From contig OZ240241.1 in NCBI GenBank assembly GCA_965198115.1, forward strand, positions 8,128,001-8,192,000: a stretch of 64,000 bases of DNA. The letters are read 5' to 3'. Under the pieces are notes generated by a model, which ran no database searches, was not told the DNA's origin, and saw only the letters and a program-made list of their open reading frames with translations. Origin of the DNA: Candidatus Latescibacterota bacterium (lineage in GTDB: Bacteria; Latescibacterota; UBA2968). Below, piece by piece: positions 29,110 through 41,786 of this stretch. Position 1 is the first letter of the stretch. Each line of letters begins with the position of its first letter. Made by a program: the position numbers and the translations under genes.

Positions 29110-29148
29110 CCGGTTTGGGAGCCCCGGGCTGAGGACGCCCACGTCGTC

Positions 29149-30375
29149 GTGACGGTTTTTACACGAAATGCCCTCCTTCTGACGGCTGAAAAGGCCAGTC
29201 ACCTCACGGGGGCCCTGATCGCGATGGTGTTGGTCGCCCGCAAACTGGGACCCGATATCCTGGCGGACTACGGTTTCGTGATCTCCGTCACGGCCTTTTT
29301 CCTTCCTCTGATCGACGTCGGTCTGAACACCCGTGTGATCAAGGCTTCGGCGGCACGAACAGACCGTGCCAAATCGGCGTTCGAGGAGGCCGTGGGTTAC
29401 CGGCTCGCCGTGTCCCCGGCTTCACTCGCCCTGATGGTCGGAGTCGGTCTGGTGTGGGGACGAACCCCCGACGTCGATCTGGCGGTTCTGCTCGTCGGAT
29501 TGTCGACGGTGGCCATGAGTCTGGGCGATACGGCGAACGCCGTCTTCAAGGGACTTCAGCGAGCGGGTTACAGCTTTCTGTTGATCGGTGGTCTCAACGT
29601 CGTCCTGCTCTGCACCCTGTTCATCACGCTGGAAAGAGGTGGGGGGCTTGCGGCCGTCGGGGCGTGTTACCTCGTCGCACGTCTGGTCTATGCCGTTGCC
29701 GCCTTCGGGCTCGCTCACCAGCGTGCGGGTGTTTCGCTGCCGAAGGCACGTCCGTCGTTCACCCTGTCGGTTGTGATCGACGGGCTGTTCCATCTACCCG
29801 CGCCCTACTTTCTGGGAAACGCACTCGCCGTCGCCTATACCGCGACGTATGTGATTCTGGGGGAGGGGACCGCGGGTCCCTACTACGTGGGATATCGAGC
29901 GGCAGCGGCGGTGTTCATCCTCGTGAGCGCCGGGTTCGAGGCCGTGCTGGCTGCTGCATCGGCCGAGCGTTCAGACGGCCCCGCTCTGCGTCAGAGCGTC
30001 GGAACGACCTTTGCCCTGCTGGCGATCGGCGGAGCCGTGGCTCTCTACGCGATCGCACCCGTCGCGCCGACTTTCTTCGGTGAGGCGTTCGAGGAGAGCG
30101 TGGTCGCCGTTCGCGTGCTGGCCTGGTCCGTGCCTCCGTTCGCCTTCGTCGGGCTCGCCTACACACTCCTGATCGCTCACGATCAGCAGCGCCGGGCTAC
30201 GTATCTTATGCTCGTGCTCCTTTTTATGACCACCTTGACGTCGGTGGCCGCCGCCTACACGATGGGACCGCTGACGACGGCGGCGATACCGGCGCTTTCG
30301 ACCGTGATCCTGTCGGTCGTGTTCTGGACACAACTGCATCGGCTTCGTCGCGCCGGGAGCGGGGTCACGTCGTGA
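29149..30375 (+). CDS. Wzx-like oligosaccharide flippase (MOP superfamily)
   Basis: ~12 TM helices; ARKLGPD..YGF and DVGLN pattern. Confidence 0.75.
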   Translation: MTVFTRNALLLTAEKASHLTGALIAMVLVARKLGPDILADYGFVISVTAFFLPLIDVGLNTRVIKASAARTDRAKSAFEEAVGYRLAVSPASLALMVGVGLVWGRTPDVDLAVLLVGLSTVAMSLGDTANAVFKGLQRAGYSFLLIGGLNVVLLCTLFITLERGGGLAAVGACYLVARLVYAVAAFGLAHQRAGVSLPKARPSFTLSVVIDGLFHLPAPYFLGNALAVAYTATYVILGEGTAGPYYVGYRAAAAVFILVSAGFEAVLAAASAERSDGPALRQSVGTTFALLAIGGAVALYAIAPVAPTFFGEAFEESVVAVRVLAWSVPPFAFVGLAYTLLIAHDQQRRATYLMLVLLFMTTLTSVAAAYTMGPLTTAAIPALSTVILSVVFWTQLHRLRRAGSGVTS

Positions 30376-31220
30376 ATCGTCTGGACGCCACACAGGTCTC
30401 CGAGCCCGCCGGGCCTCTCATCCCGACGGACACCGCCCTCGTGCTGTCGTGGGCGCTTCCCCTGCTCGGTGTGGGCGTGGCCGTCTTCTACGCCTACGCC
30501 AATGCGCCCAACCCGGTCGATCGGGCATTTTTAGCGATGGCCTACGTCCCTCTGGGGTTGATCGCAGGCGACTTCTGGGCGGCGGGTCTGGCACTCCTGC
30601 GGCGGAGGGTCGACACGCCGCTGCGGGTCCCCCTGACGACACCGCTGGTCCTCGGGGGGCTCCATCTGGGGCTCGGGGCGGCAGTGCTCAGGCTGGTGCG
30701 GTTCGACACGCTCTACGAGTACGTTCCCGTAGACGGGATGGGTGGCACCTACGAGATTCGTCTGCTGATCGCGGTGCCCGTCGTCGCTGCGGCGGGTCTT
30801 GCTCTGGTCGTGGCGCTGCTCGAGGGCCGTTTGGTTCGTTGGGTACTCATTTCCGAGCGAACCGCCAAGCCTCGATTCGATCCCGGTTCGGTGCAGCCGG
30901 CAGAAGACCGTGAGCTCGGTCCGGAAAACGTCTACGAGGCGCAGGCGTTGCTCAACAACCTGGGTTACGAGTTCGGCGCGATCGACGGCGTCCTGACGGC
31001 GGACACGTCGTCGGCCCTGGAGCGCTTTCAAAGAGCCGCGGACATCGAAGTGAGCGGAAGGGTGACGGCGCTGACGATGATCGAACTGAGGAACCAGTGG
31101 AAGGCGGCCGAGGAGTCGCCCCGTCGCGCCTCGATGTGGGCCATGGCACGCCACGTCGGGCGCCGACTCGCGCACCCGCTGAGTCAGGCGACGAAGGGAA
31201 TCAGACGGTCGTCGAAATGA
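30372..31220 (+). CDS. Membrane protein with a C-terminal peptidoglycan-binding domain
   Basis: Four TM helices, then AQALLNNLGY..IDG..T..ALERFQ. Confidence 0.7.
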   Translation: MNRLDATQVSEPAGPLIPTDTALVLSWALPLLGVGVAVFYAYANAPNPVDRAFLAMAYVPLGLIAGDFWAAGLALLRRRVDTPLRVPLTTPLVLGGLHLGLGAAVLRLVRFDTLYEYVPVDGMGGTYEIRLLIAVPVVAAAGLALVVALLEGRLVRWVLISERTAKPRFDPGSVQPAEDRELGPENVYEAQALLNNLGYEFGAIDGVLTADTSSALERFQRAADIEVSGRVTALTMIELRNQWKAAEESPRRASMWAMARHVGRRLAHPLSQATKGIRRSSK

Positions 31221-31253
31221 GAGGCGGCGCGAACCTGTGAAATCGAGAACCGA

Positions 31254-32033
31254 CTACCGAGAGGGCGTCGGTTTTTTTCTGGCCGTGCGCGGTACGTTGA
31301 GGGGGAGCTGATGCGGTGCGATCCCCGTGTTGGGTCGTGTGCGTGTGTGGTGAATGTGGATATGATTACCATCCTGCTCGATCGAAATCCGTTTTGGAAG
31401 ATAGAGGTCCCCGTATCGCTTGTAGTCCGAAACGCGACGGCGTGAGATCAGTGCGCCAAAACGATCGAGCAGCGCATCGTCGAGGAGACCGAGCACCGTT
31501 CTGTCGATCGTGATTCGACGGACACCGATGGGGGAGGCGAAGGCCAGACGATACGTGTTTTCGGTCGCGGAAAAGGAAGTCAGGTGGGCCAGATCTTCAT
31601 GTTTCAGATCCGGTAGGCCGAGGAGAGCTTGGGGCACGTCGTAGTAGCCGAGTTCCATGCCGGTGATGCTTCGCAGAACCGAGTTGGCGCGACCTCTGAG
31701 GAATTCGTTCTCGCGTGGGAGGTAGACGTCGATCGAGTCCCGGTAGAACAGGGCTGACAGCAGGCCGGTGCCGACAGGACCGGTGACTTCGAGGCGGAGG
31801 CTGTCGGGGGACCGGTAGAAGATGACGCCCTGCGCACGTTGGCGGACCCCATCGATCTGAATCGATATGGCAGCGCGAGACTCCGCATCGTGGACACGGG
31901 TGCGGATCTTCTGAACCTGCTGTATGAGTTCGTCGGGTGAGGTGATGTGGGGAGGAGGGGGCCGGCTCGGAGTGGCGCAGGCCGCGAGCGACCACGCGGC
32001 GGCGACAGTCCAGGTCAGGATACGTCGATCCAT
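31254..32033 (-). CDS. LolA/LolB-fold (DUF4292-like) lipoprotein
   Basis: LAAC lipobox; PDSLRLEVTGPVG. Confidence 0.6.
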   Translation of the reverse strand: MDRRILTWTVAAAWSLAACATPSRPPPPHITSPDELIQQVQKIRTRVHDAESRAAISIQIDGVRQRAQGVIFYRSPDSLRLEVTGPVGTGLLSALFYRDSIDVYLPRENEFLRGRANSVLRSITGMELGYYDVPQALLGLPDLKHEDLAHLTSFSATENTYRLAFASPIGVRRITIDRTVLGLLDDALLDRFGALISRRRVSDYKRYGDLYLPKRISIEQDGNHIHIHHTRTRPNTGIAPHQLPLNVPRTARKKPTPSR

Positions 32034-32037
32034 ACGG

Positions 32038-33984
32038 TCAGGGGGTGTCGCGCTCGGTTTGCGGGGCTTCGAGCTCCCCCAGTTTTTTGACGAGGGCCTC
32101 GTTGTCCGGGTCGTAGCTTCGGGCCCTGGACCAGTGGGCGCGGGCCCGATCCTTCTGTTCGAGGGCGGCCTCGACGTCCCCGGCGTGTTCGTGGATCACG
32201 GCGAGGTTCTCGTGCATGCTGTCCAGATGCCGTGGATCGGTATCGGCGAGGTTCTGCAGCGCATCTTCCTCGACGTGGATGGCCTTCTGCAAGTATTCCC
32301 GCGCACGTTCGAGTACGCCCATCTGGTAGTAGACCCATCCCATGCTGTCGAGGTAGGCGCCGTTTTCCGGATCCTTTTCCAGGGCCCGTTGGATGAATTG
32401 CTGTGCCTCTCCCAATCGGATCCCGCGTTCGGCGAACATATAACCCAGGTAGTTGAGGGCTTCGTCGTGATCCGGGTTGATGGCGATCAACCGCTCGAAC
32501 AGCCGGACCGCGGTCTGAAATCGATCGGCCCGCTCGTTGGCACGCGCCAACCCGTAGAGTGTTCGCATCAGGAGCGACGCGTTGGACTCGACCTTCGGCA
32601 ACAGAGTCTCGAAAGCCCGGGTCGCACCATCCCAGTCCTGGTCTCGCATGAGCGTCTGGGCTCGTTCGAACGCGAACCCGGTGTGATCGGGTTCCCGGTC
32701 GAGTGCGGCCTGAAACACTCCTCTGGCTTTGTCATTCTGTCCGATCGCGGAGTAAGCGTTGCCCAGCGTGAAGACGATCTGGCTTCGCGTTTCGGTCGAA
32801 TCTTCCGTCGCGGCCAGGATCGATTCGAGCACCCCGATGGCGGGTTGAAACTCCCTGTCGAGGATCAGGGCGTGGGCGTAACCGAGGCTGTACTCGGGAC
32901 TCCCGTCGATGGATGACGCGCGCTTAAAGGCCTCGCGGGCGTTCTTCCCTTGATTCAAGTTGAGATGAAGCTCGCCGACCTTCGCGTGGAGGTCCGCACG
33001 ACCCGGGAACAGCCCGGCGAGATGGTCGAGGAGGGCGAGGGCCTGGTTGTAGAGCGCAGAACCCTGTCTGACATCTTTTGAGCCGCGACCGAAGGAGCGG
33101 AAGACGTCAGCCAATCCTTCGGCGAACGGCGCGTCGAACGGCGACTCGGCCAGCAGAGCCTGAAAGGCGTTGGGTCGGAGGTAGATGCTCACGATCTGTC
33201 GCCAGACCTTCCCCGCCTGCTCGCCAGAGACCCGAGTGACGCCGCGTCGATAGGCACGTGCCGCACCGAGGGTGTCGCCTCGCGAGCCGACGACCCCGCC
33301 GAGCTGAATCCAGGCTTCTCCCAAGTGGGGTTGCCGGCGCAGAACGTCCCTGAGCAGGGCCTCGGCCTTTGCGGGGTGTCCATTGCGACGGTAGTTTTGT
33401 GCGGCGATCAGACGTCCCCGATCGTCGAGATCGGGTAGGACGACGATTCGATCGAGGACGGCGATCACGCCCTCGCGGTTCTGACGCTGGGTGTGAATGC
33501 GAAGGCTCGTATCTAGGGCGCGGATCGGGTTCGGGGACCGCACCGCGATTTCGTCGAGCTCCGCCAGGGCGCGGAGGGTGTCGCGGGTCCCTGCGAGCAG
33601 GGCATTGTAGAGCGTCCATCGATTGTCGAGGTTGCCCGGGTTGAGGTGCGCAGCCTGATGCGCGGGTGCGAGCGCCTCCGCGTGTCTGTTGAGCGCGGCT
33701 AGGTTCCGCGCGAGCAGCCGGTAGAGGGTGGCAGACGTCGAGTCGATCTGGACCGCGCGGGTCAGTGCGGCGGCTGCCCTGGCGTGGTCGCCACGCAGTT
33801 CCGCCCCCTTGGCCGCGACAAAGTAGGAAAAAGCCAAAGGGTCGGGGGACGGGGGTCCTGTACGCAAATCCACCCTCGCGGGGGGAGCCGACGCGCACCC
33901 CACGAGGGCGATGATCAGACCGATCCTCCGGAGATGGGGCCGCCCGGCTACAGCGCGCCTGGCAGCTTCTTCTTCAGGTTCCAT
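32038..33984 (-). CDS. Large TPR lipoprotein
   Basis: LVGC lipobox; ALNYLGYMFAERG and NGAYLDSMGWVYY TPR tail. Confidence 0.8.
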   Translation of the reverse strand: MEPEEEAARRAVAGRPHLRRIGLIIALVGCASAPPARVDLRTGPPSPDPLAFSYFVAAKGAELRGDHARAAAALTRAVQIDSTSATLYRLLARNLAALNRHAEALAPAHQAAHLNPGNLDNRWTLYNALLAGTRDTLRALAELDEIAVRSPNPIRALDTSLRIHTQRQNREGVIAVLDRIVVLPDLDDRGRLIAAQNYRRNGHPAKAEALLRDVLRRQPHLGEAWIQLGGVVGSRGDTLGAARAYRRGVTRVSGEQAGKVWRQIVSIYLRPNAFQALLAESPFDAPFAEGLADVFRSFGRGSKDVRQGSALYNQALALLDHLAGLFPGRADLHAKVGELHLNLNQGKNAREAFKRASSIDGSPEYSLGYAHALILDREFQPAIGVLESILAATEDSTETRSQIVFTLGNAYSAIGQNDKARGVFQAALDREPDHTGFAFERAQTLMRDQDWDGATRAFETLLPKVESNASLLMRTLYGLARANERADRFQTAVRLFERLIAINPDHDEALNYLGYMFAERGIRLGEAQQFIQRALEKDPENGAYLDSMGWVYYQMGVLERAREYLQKAIHVEEDALQNLADTDPRHLDSMHENLAVIHEHAGDVEAALEQKDRARAHWSRARSYDPDNEALVKKLGELEAPQTERDTP

Positions 33985-35174
33985 TTCAACTCCAGAGGGT
34001 GGAAGGTGTTGTCTTCGGGTTTAACGATGAGCTTCAGGTGCTTGAGGTCGGCCCGGACGATCGGCTGGCCTTGAAAGTCGTGCCCGGGAAAGTAGAGTTT
34101 GAGGAGCTTCTCCTGCCCGGCATATCGTATGCGGGAAGGCAACTCGAGATATCGCGTTTCCGTGTATCCCGGTATTCCTGTGTATCGGCCGAACACATCC
34201 GTCACTTGCATGCTTCGCCCCGGCAGGTCGATTTCCAGGGCTTCGAGCTTGTAGTGCGAGGTCTCTTCGACCTGGAGAGGCTCATAGGCGATTCCGTTGC
34301 TGTCTTCGATGTAGATGATGTATCGATCCGTCTGCAGGTGATAGTCGCTGCCGGGTGTGCTCATTTTAAGGCGCACGAGAACCGCGTCGGACAGACGGTT
34401 CGACGCGGCGAAGTCCCTCCACGCCGACTGTTTGCTGGAGAAGGTATGCGGGTAGTGCTCGAAGAGCAGGTCGAACTCCTCGTGCAGCAGTTCGGGCACG
34501 GCGACGGTGGCCGACAGGAGTAGCGGGGATTGCACAGCCAGACGCTTGATCGTCGGAGATGTGGTCTCGAATTGCATGTCGGGACGCTCGGCCAGACCCG
34601 GTTCGGCTCGAACGGGATTCTGCACGTAGTTGCGGATCGTCCAGGAGTGTAGCAGTTGCTTGTAGGTCAGTGGCGTGTCCTGCCATTCAGGATCGGGAAG
34701 GGCGATCTTGTAGGCGTCGGTCTGCTCTCTCGCGTGTGGGTTTAAGGGGGAGTTGTTGATTCGATAGAAGGGTGTGTCAACGATCGTATAGTCGAGCAAG
34801 TCTTGTCTGGATTTAAGGATCTTCGTGAGACGTTTCTCCTGGCGATCGTTGAGAATGACACGTACGGAATCGAGGAGGGCGTCGACTTGCCGGCGTGTGC
34901 CTTTTTCGAGCTGGTGAAGCTGCTTGAGGGTTGGTGTAAAGCCCAGCCAGAGACGACCTTCGTGGGTACGTCTGCCGTATTCCCACTGGTACGCACCGAT
35001 GACAGACCGCAAGCTGTCGACGAGTGGGGCGAGCGCTTCCGCCTGAGTCTCCGATGCGCCAAGATGCTTTCTATAGCGAGCGTGTTCGAGCAGGTCTTCG
35101 GGCGCCGCCGCCAATGCCTCGCCGGCCAGGCCGATGAGGCAGGTAAGAACCGCGTATCCGAACGTTTGCTTCAT
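33948..35174 (-). CDS. Exported hypothetical protein
   Basis: Signal peptide ending ALA; long ORF co-oriented with its neighbours. Confidence 0.6.
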   Translation of the reverse strand: MKQTFGYAVLTCLIGLAGEALAAAPEDLLEHARYRKHLGASETQAEALAPLVDSLRSVIGAYQWEYGRRTHEGRLWLGFTPTLKQLHQLEKGTRRQVDALLDSVRVILNDRQEKRLTKILKSRQDLLDYTIVDTPFYRINNSPLNPHAREQTDAYKIALPDPEWQDTPLTYKQLLHSWTIRNYVQNPVRAEPGLAERPDMQFETTSPTIKRLAVQSPLLLSATVAVPELLHEEFDLLFEHYPHTFSSKQSAWRDFAASNRLSDAVLVRLKMSTPGSDYHLQTDRYIIYIEDSNGIAYEPLQVEETSHYKLEALEIDLPGRSMQVTDVFGRYTGIPGYTETRYLELPSRIRYAGQEKLLKLYFPGHDFQGQPIVRADLKHLKLIVKPEDNTFHPLELKWNLKKKLPGAL

Positions 35175-35247
35175 GGCTGATGTCCCGGGTGAAGTGGATG
35201 GTCGGCAGACGATCCTTGGACGTTTCAACCGGAGATTGGTTCGGGGC

Positions 35248-36639
35248 TCAACGTTCGAGCATCAGCTTGTGGACGTTCTCTTCTACCGGGATCGGGTAGT
35301 TGCGGTTGAAACACGCGCTGCAGTAACGCCCTTTTCCGTTCGGCGCACAGGACAGCATTCCCCCGAGCGACAGGTAGCCGAGACTGTCGACGCCCAGGTG
35401 CTCGCGTATTTCCTCGACCGTCTTTTCGTTCGCGATCAATTCGTCGTGGGTCTGGAAGTCGATACCGTAAAAGCACGGCGAGACGATGGGCGGGCTGCTG
35501 ACCCGCACGTGAATCTGGCGGGCGCCCGCTTCGCGAATCATCCTCGCTAGGTGCCTGAGCGTGGTTCCACGTACGATGGAGTCCTCGATCAGGACGACAC
35601 TCTTGCCCCTCAGAACTCCCCGTACAGGGTTGAACTTCAATCGAACCCTGGCCGCCCGATAGTCCTGCCCCGGCGTGATGAACGTGCGTCCGACGTAGTG
35701 ACTCCTGATCAGTCCGATCTCGAAGCGTAGATTCGCCTGGTCGGCGTAGCCGAGGGCGGCGGTGTTGCTCGAGTCGGGGACAGGGACGACGATGTCTGCA
35801 TCGGCCGGCTGTTCGATGGCCAGTTGCTTTCCGAGTTTGCGTCGCGTCTTGTCGACGGTGTCGCCGAAGATGATGCTGTCGGGGCGCGAGAAGTAGACGA
35901 ACTCGAAAATGCAGTGCGCGTGGCGGTCCGACTCGAGGGGAAAATACGTGCGCAGGCCATTTTCGTCGATGATGACGAGTTCGCCGGGTTCGATGTCGCG
36001 GATATACCTCGCAGAAATGATGTCGAGGGCGCAAGACTCGGATGCGACCACCCACGCATCGCCGAGCTGGCCCAGACAGAGCGGCCGAAACCCGTGCGGG
36101 TCGCGGGCGGCGATGAGGTGTCTTTCGGTGGCCAGCACGAGGGAGAACGCCCCGCGGATCTGCTGCAGGGCGTCGGTCACCCGGTCGACCACCGACTCCG
36201 CCTGCGATCGAGCGATGAGGTGGAGGATGATCTCGCTGTCGGACGCTGTGCGGAAGATGGCGCCTTCGTCCTGCATATGGCCCCGCAATTCGTTGGTGTT
36301 CACGAGGTTGCCGTTGTGTCCGACGGCGAAATATCCGCGGCACTCGGCGGTGAAGGGCTGCGCGTTCTTGAGGCTGTCGAGCCCCGTCGTCGAGTAGCGG
36401 TTGTGACCGATGGCGAGATGCCCCTTGAGTCTCGTGATCGTTTCAGGTTTTCCGAACACGTCGGCGACGTGTCCCATCCCGGTGTGAACCCGAATTCTTT
36501 CCCCGTCCCCCGTCGCGATCCCGCAGCTTTCCTCACCCCGATGCTGCAGCGCGTTCAGCCCGAGCGTCGTGAGCTGAGCAGCCTCGGAGTGCCCATAGAT
36601 GCCGAAGACCCCGCAATAGTGCTTGACCTGAGGATCCAT
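35248..36639 (-). CDS. purF: Amidophosphoribosyltransferase
   Basis: Propeptide then CGVFG, QHRG, HNGN, DSIVRGTT, Fe-S cysteines. Confidence 0.96.
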   Translation of the reverse strand: MDPQVKHYCGVFGIYGHSEAAQLTTLGLNALQHRGEESCGIATGDGERIRVHTGMGHVADVFGKPETITRLKGHLAIGHNRYSTTGLDSLKNAQPFTAECRGYFAVGHNGNLVNTNELRGHMQDEGAIFRTASDSEIILHLIARSQAESVVDRVTDALQQIRGAFSLVLATERHLIAARDPHGFRPLCLGQLGDAWVVASESCALDIISARYIRDIEPGELVIIDENGLRTYFPLESDRHAHCIFEFVYFSRPDSIIFGDTVDKTRRKLGKQLAIEQPADADIVVPVPDSSNTAALGYADQANLRFEIGLIRSHYVGRTFITPGQDYRAARVRLKFNPVRGVLRGKSVVLIEDSIVRGTTLRHLARMIREAGARQIHVRVSSPPIVSPCFYGIDFQTHDELIANEKTVEEIREHLGVDSLGYLSLGGMLSCAPNGKGRYCSACFNRNYPIPVEENVHKLMLER

Positions 36640-36693
36640 CTGTTGGCGTTTCCTTTCGCTAATGGTTATGCGCCTGCGGGGAACCGGGCACGG

Positions 36694-38850
36694 TCAACGT
36701 CGACGGGCCCTGCGCGGCCTTCGTCTTCGACGTTCTTCGTCGTGTGATGGGTCGCTGAGCAAAAAATCGAGCTGGCGTTGCCTTCGATCGGCGCGCACGA
36801 CGGTCACTTTTACACGATCGCCTAGGGAGAATACACGACCGGTTCGTTCTCCGACGAGGGCGGCACGGCGCGGGTCGTGTTGATAGTAGTCGTCCTCGAG
36901 CGTTCGCACGTGAACCAGACCGTCGGTCAGCGTGTCGTCGAGCTGTACGAAGAACCCGAGGGGGCGCACACCGATGATCGTTCCCTCGAAGACATCGCCG
37001 ATTCGGGTTTCGTAGTAGTGGATCTGTTTGACCTTGATCGATTCCCGCTCGGCCCCCTGGGCGTTGATTTCGCGCTCGGTGGCCAGATCCCCGATTCCGG
37101 GCAGTCGCTCGTTCAGCTGAACGACGCGGTCGTCCGTCTGGCCCGACCAGAGCCGTTCGCGGAGGATGCGGTGCGTGAGGAGGTCGGGGTAGCGACGGAT
37201 CGGGGAGGTGAAGTGTGTGTAGCAGGAGCTGGCCAGCCCGAAGTGTCCGTCGTTCCTGGGGCTGTAGATGGCCTTCTTCATAGAACGAAGCAGACGTTCG
37301 TTCAGGACCGTCGCCTCCTTCCTGCCCGCGATTGATCCGAGAAAGGTCTGGATGGCACGGGCGTCGGCCGCTTCTGGAAATCGGTGACCGAACGCGGATG
37401 CGATCGTCGAGAATTCCTCGAGTTTCTGCCGGTCGGGCGATTCGTGGACGCGATACAGGCTCGGCGTCTCCAGGCCCGACAGTCTCCGGGCGACCGTTTC
37501 GTTGGCAAGGAGCATGAACTCTTCGATCAGTCTGTGGCTGTCGAGCCTCGGGCGTGGCGCGATCCGGATCGGCACGCCTCGTTCATCCAGTCCGACCTCG
37601 GGCTCGGGCAAGTCGAGGTCGATCGAGCCGCGCTCGACGCGTAGTTGCGTCAGCCGGGCCCGAATCCGCGCGAGTATCCGAATGTCGTCCGCAAAGGGCT
37701 CGACATCGGGTTCGGGGGTGCGCGCAATCGCAGTTTGTGCCTGCTCGTAGCTAACACGCGCGCGACTGCGAATGACCGTTTGCTCGATTCGGGTGTCCGT
37801 CAGATTCCCTTCGCTTGTGAACGTGGCAAGCACGCTCAGCGTCAGCCGGTCTTCGCCGGGGAGGAGGGAACAGATCCCGCTGGAGAGCGTCTCGGGCAGC
37901 ATGGGAATGACGCGATCGACCAGGTAGACGCTCGTCCCTCGCGATAGGGCTTCGTGGTCGAGCGGCGTGCCCTCGACCACGAAGTGGCTGACGTCGGCAA
38001 TGTGAATGCCTACGATGTGTCGATCGTGTTCGACCTGTTCTAGGGAGAGCGCGTCGTCGTGATCGCGCGCGTCGGCCGGGTCGATCGTGAAGCTGTGCAG
38101 ATGGCGAAGGTCGAGACGGCCCTCGAGATCGGCCTTCGTGATCTCCTGGACGCGTCGGGCGACGTCAACGACGTGGGGAGGAAACTGCAGAGGAAGCTGG
38201 CGAGCGTGGACGATCGTGAGAATGTCCACGTCGGGATCGTCGGGTCGCCCGAGGACGTGAGTGACGTGTCCGATCGGTCGCGTGTCGCCGGGTTCCCAGT
38301 CATCCAGCCGGATTGCCACGATGTCGCCATCGGCCGCTGACTGAGATACTTCGTCGTTGGAAACTGAAATCGCGGGGGGAAATCGGGGATCGTCGGGTTC
38401 GACGAAACAATGCGTGCCGCGCTTACGTAGCTGACCCGACAGGACGCGGGCGGCGCGTTCGACGACGCGAACGACCTCACCTTCGGGCTGGGTCTGCGTG
38501 CCGCCGCGCAACGTCACCCGGGCGAGCACGCGATCGCCGTGGAGCGCGTTCCCGAGCGCGGTGCTTCGAAGAAAAATGTCGGGTCCCGGCTCGTCGGGCG
38601 AGAGAAATCCGAAGCCGCCTGATGTGACGCTCAGTCGTCCGAGTGCGAGGTTTTTGTTGTGCGTTCCCGCCAGACGCCCGTTTCGCAGCTTGACGAGCGT
38701 GCCCTCCCGCTCAAGGTCTTTGACGAGACGGCGGAAGGTCCGGTAATGGGTCTGAGAAACCCCCATATACCGGGCCATTTCCCTGACCTTCATGGGCTTC
38801 CTGCCCTCTTCCTGGAGAAACTCCAGGATGTGCTCGCGAGACGGCTTCAT
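36694..38850 (-). CDS. rnr: Ribonuclease R
   Basis: HTH, cold-shock domains, TIDPADARDHDDA, HFTSPIRRYPDL, S1 domain, basic tail. Confidence 0.94.
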   Translation of the reverse strand: MKPSREHILEFLQEEGRKPMKVREMARYMGVSQTHYRTFRRLVKDLEREGTLVKLRNGRLAGTHNKNLALGRLSVTSGGFGFLSPDEPGPDIFLRSTALGNALHGDRVLARVTLRGGTQTQPEGEVVRVVERAARVLSGQLRKRGTHCFVEPDDPRFPPAISVSNDEVSQSAADGDIVAIRLDDWEPGDTRPIGHVTHVLGRPDDPDVDILTIVHARQLPLQFPPHVVDVARRVQEITKADLEGRLDLRHLHSFTIDPADARDHDDALSLEQVEHDRHIVGIHIADVSHFVVEGTPLDHEALSRGTSVYLVDRVIPMLPETLSSGICSLLPGEDRLTLSVLATFTSEGNLTDTRIEQTVIRSRARVSYEQAQTAIARTPEPDVEPFADDIRILARIRARLTQLRVERGSIDLDLPEPEVGLDERGVPIRIAPRPRLDSHRLIEEFMLLANETVARRLSGLETPSLYRVHESPDRQKLEEFSTIASAFGHRFPEAADARAIQTFLGSIAGRKEATVLNERLLRSMKKAIYSPRNDGHFGLASSCYTHFTSPIRRYPDLLTHRILRERLWSGQTDDRVVQLNERLPGIGDLATEREINAQGAERESIKVKQIHYYETRIGDVFEGTIIGVRPLGFFVQLDDTLTDGLVHVRTLEDDYYQHDPRRAALVGERTGRVFSLGDRVKVTVVRADRRQRQLDFLLSDPSHDEERRRRRPRRARRR

Positions 38851-38993
38851 GGTCGGGAATGCGTCTTGACCGGGACAGGGCGGGCGGCTAACTTCACGCC
38901 GCTGGTCAGACCGGGACAAATATAGGGCTGCGACAGGGGATCGCAAAGTCGTTCCCTCGCGCCCGTTGCTCACACTCTACGTTGGAGGCGGCT

Positions 38994-39455
38994 ATGCGGT
39001 TCTTTGTGATCATCGCCCTGATCGTTGCCCGATGGATTTCTTCCCCGGCCGAAGTTGCCGCGCACTGCGAGATTCCGTGCGGTATCTATGGAGACGACGC
39101 CCGGTTCACGGCGATTCTGGAGGATCTGACGACGATCGAGAAGTCGATGAACCAGATCAACACGTTGTCAGCCGAGCCGGGCAAGAACACCAATCAGCTC
39201 GTACGCTGGGTCAACAATAAAGAGACGCACGCAGACCACATCCGAGAGGTGGTCGCTCAGTACTTTCTGGCCCAGCGGATCAAGGCACCGGCCGAAGGGG
39301 ATGCAGAGGGAGAGAAGGCCTATCACGAGAAGCTGTCGCTGCTTCACCAGATGATCCAGACAGCGATGAAGTGCAAGCAGACGACCGACGTGGCGAACGC
39401 GAAGAAGCTGCAGGATCTGACACACGCCTTTCAGTCGTTGTATCAGGGAGGGTGA
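38994..39455 (+). CDS. sodN: Nickel superoxide dismutase with an N-terminal signal peptide
   Basis: Ni-hook HCEIPCGIY follows VAA; GGAGG RBS. Confidence 0.92.
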   Translation: MRFFVIIALIVARWISSPAEVAAHCEIPCGIYGDDARFTAILEDLTTIEKSMNQINTLSAEPGKNTNQLVRWVNNKETHADHIREVVAQYFLAQRIKAPAEGDAEGEKAYHEKLSLLHQMIQTAMKCKQTTDVANAKKLQDLTHAFQSLYQGG

Positions 39456-39686
39456 AGACTACTCACAACGCCCAGAGCGTCGGGCGGTCCGTCGACCGAG
39501 GAGCTTCGGTGTCCGGGTGTCTGTCGCTGCGTAGGATGCTTTATTTTATAGCGCAGACGTGGATGTGGTTGGAAAAGTGGCCCCGGGGCCACTTTTTGGC
39601 GTCAGGATGGGGCCATCTTGAAGAGACCATTCCTGGGTCAGTTTTCACTTGCGACGGGGCCCTGCGACGTATATATTTTGGCGCTG

Positions 39687-39713
39687 TTAGCACTCGAACT
39701 TCCCGAGTGCTAA
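39687..39713. promoter_or_regulatory. CIRCE element (HrcA operator)
   Basis: Perfect TTAGCACTC-N9-GAGTGCTAA upstream of groES; TTGCGA-N17-TATATT promoter at 39649-39677. Confidence 0.96.
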
Positions 39714-39761
39714 CGAGAATACGTCCGTATTATTAATTGTTTTATTAGGAGGTTAGGTCCT

Positions 39762-41695
<1,934 letters not shown>

Positions 41696-41719
41696 GCGAT
41701 CGGATTATCCGACGGCAGC

Positions 41720-41766
41720 AAAAAGGAAGCGGCCGTTCCCCTCGTGGGAACGGCCGCTTCCTTTTT
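41720..41766. terminator. Bidirectional intrinsic terminator
   Basis: AAAAAGGAAGCGGCCGTTCCC-loop-GGGAACGGCCGCTTCCTTTTT. Confidence 0.88.
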
Positions 41767-41786
41767 ATAACCCCGAGGCCGTCGGC

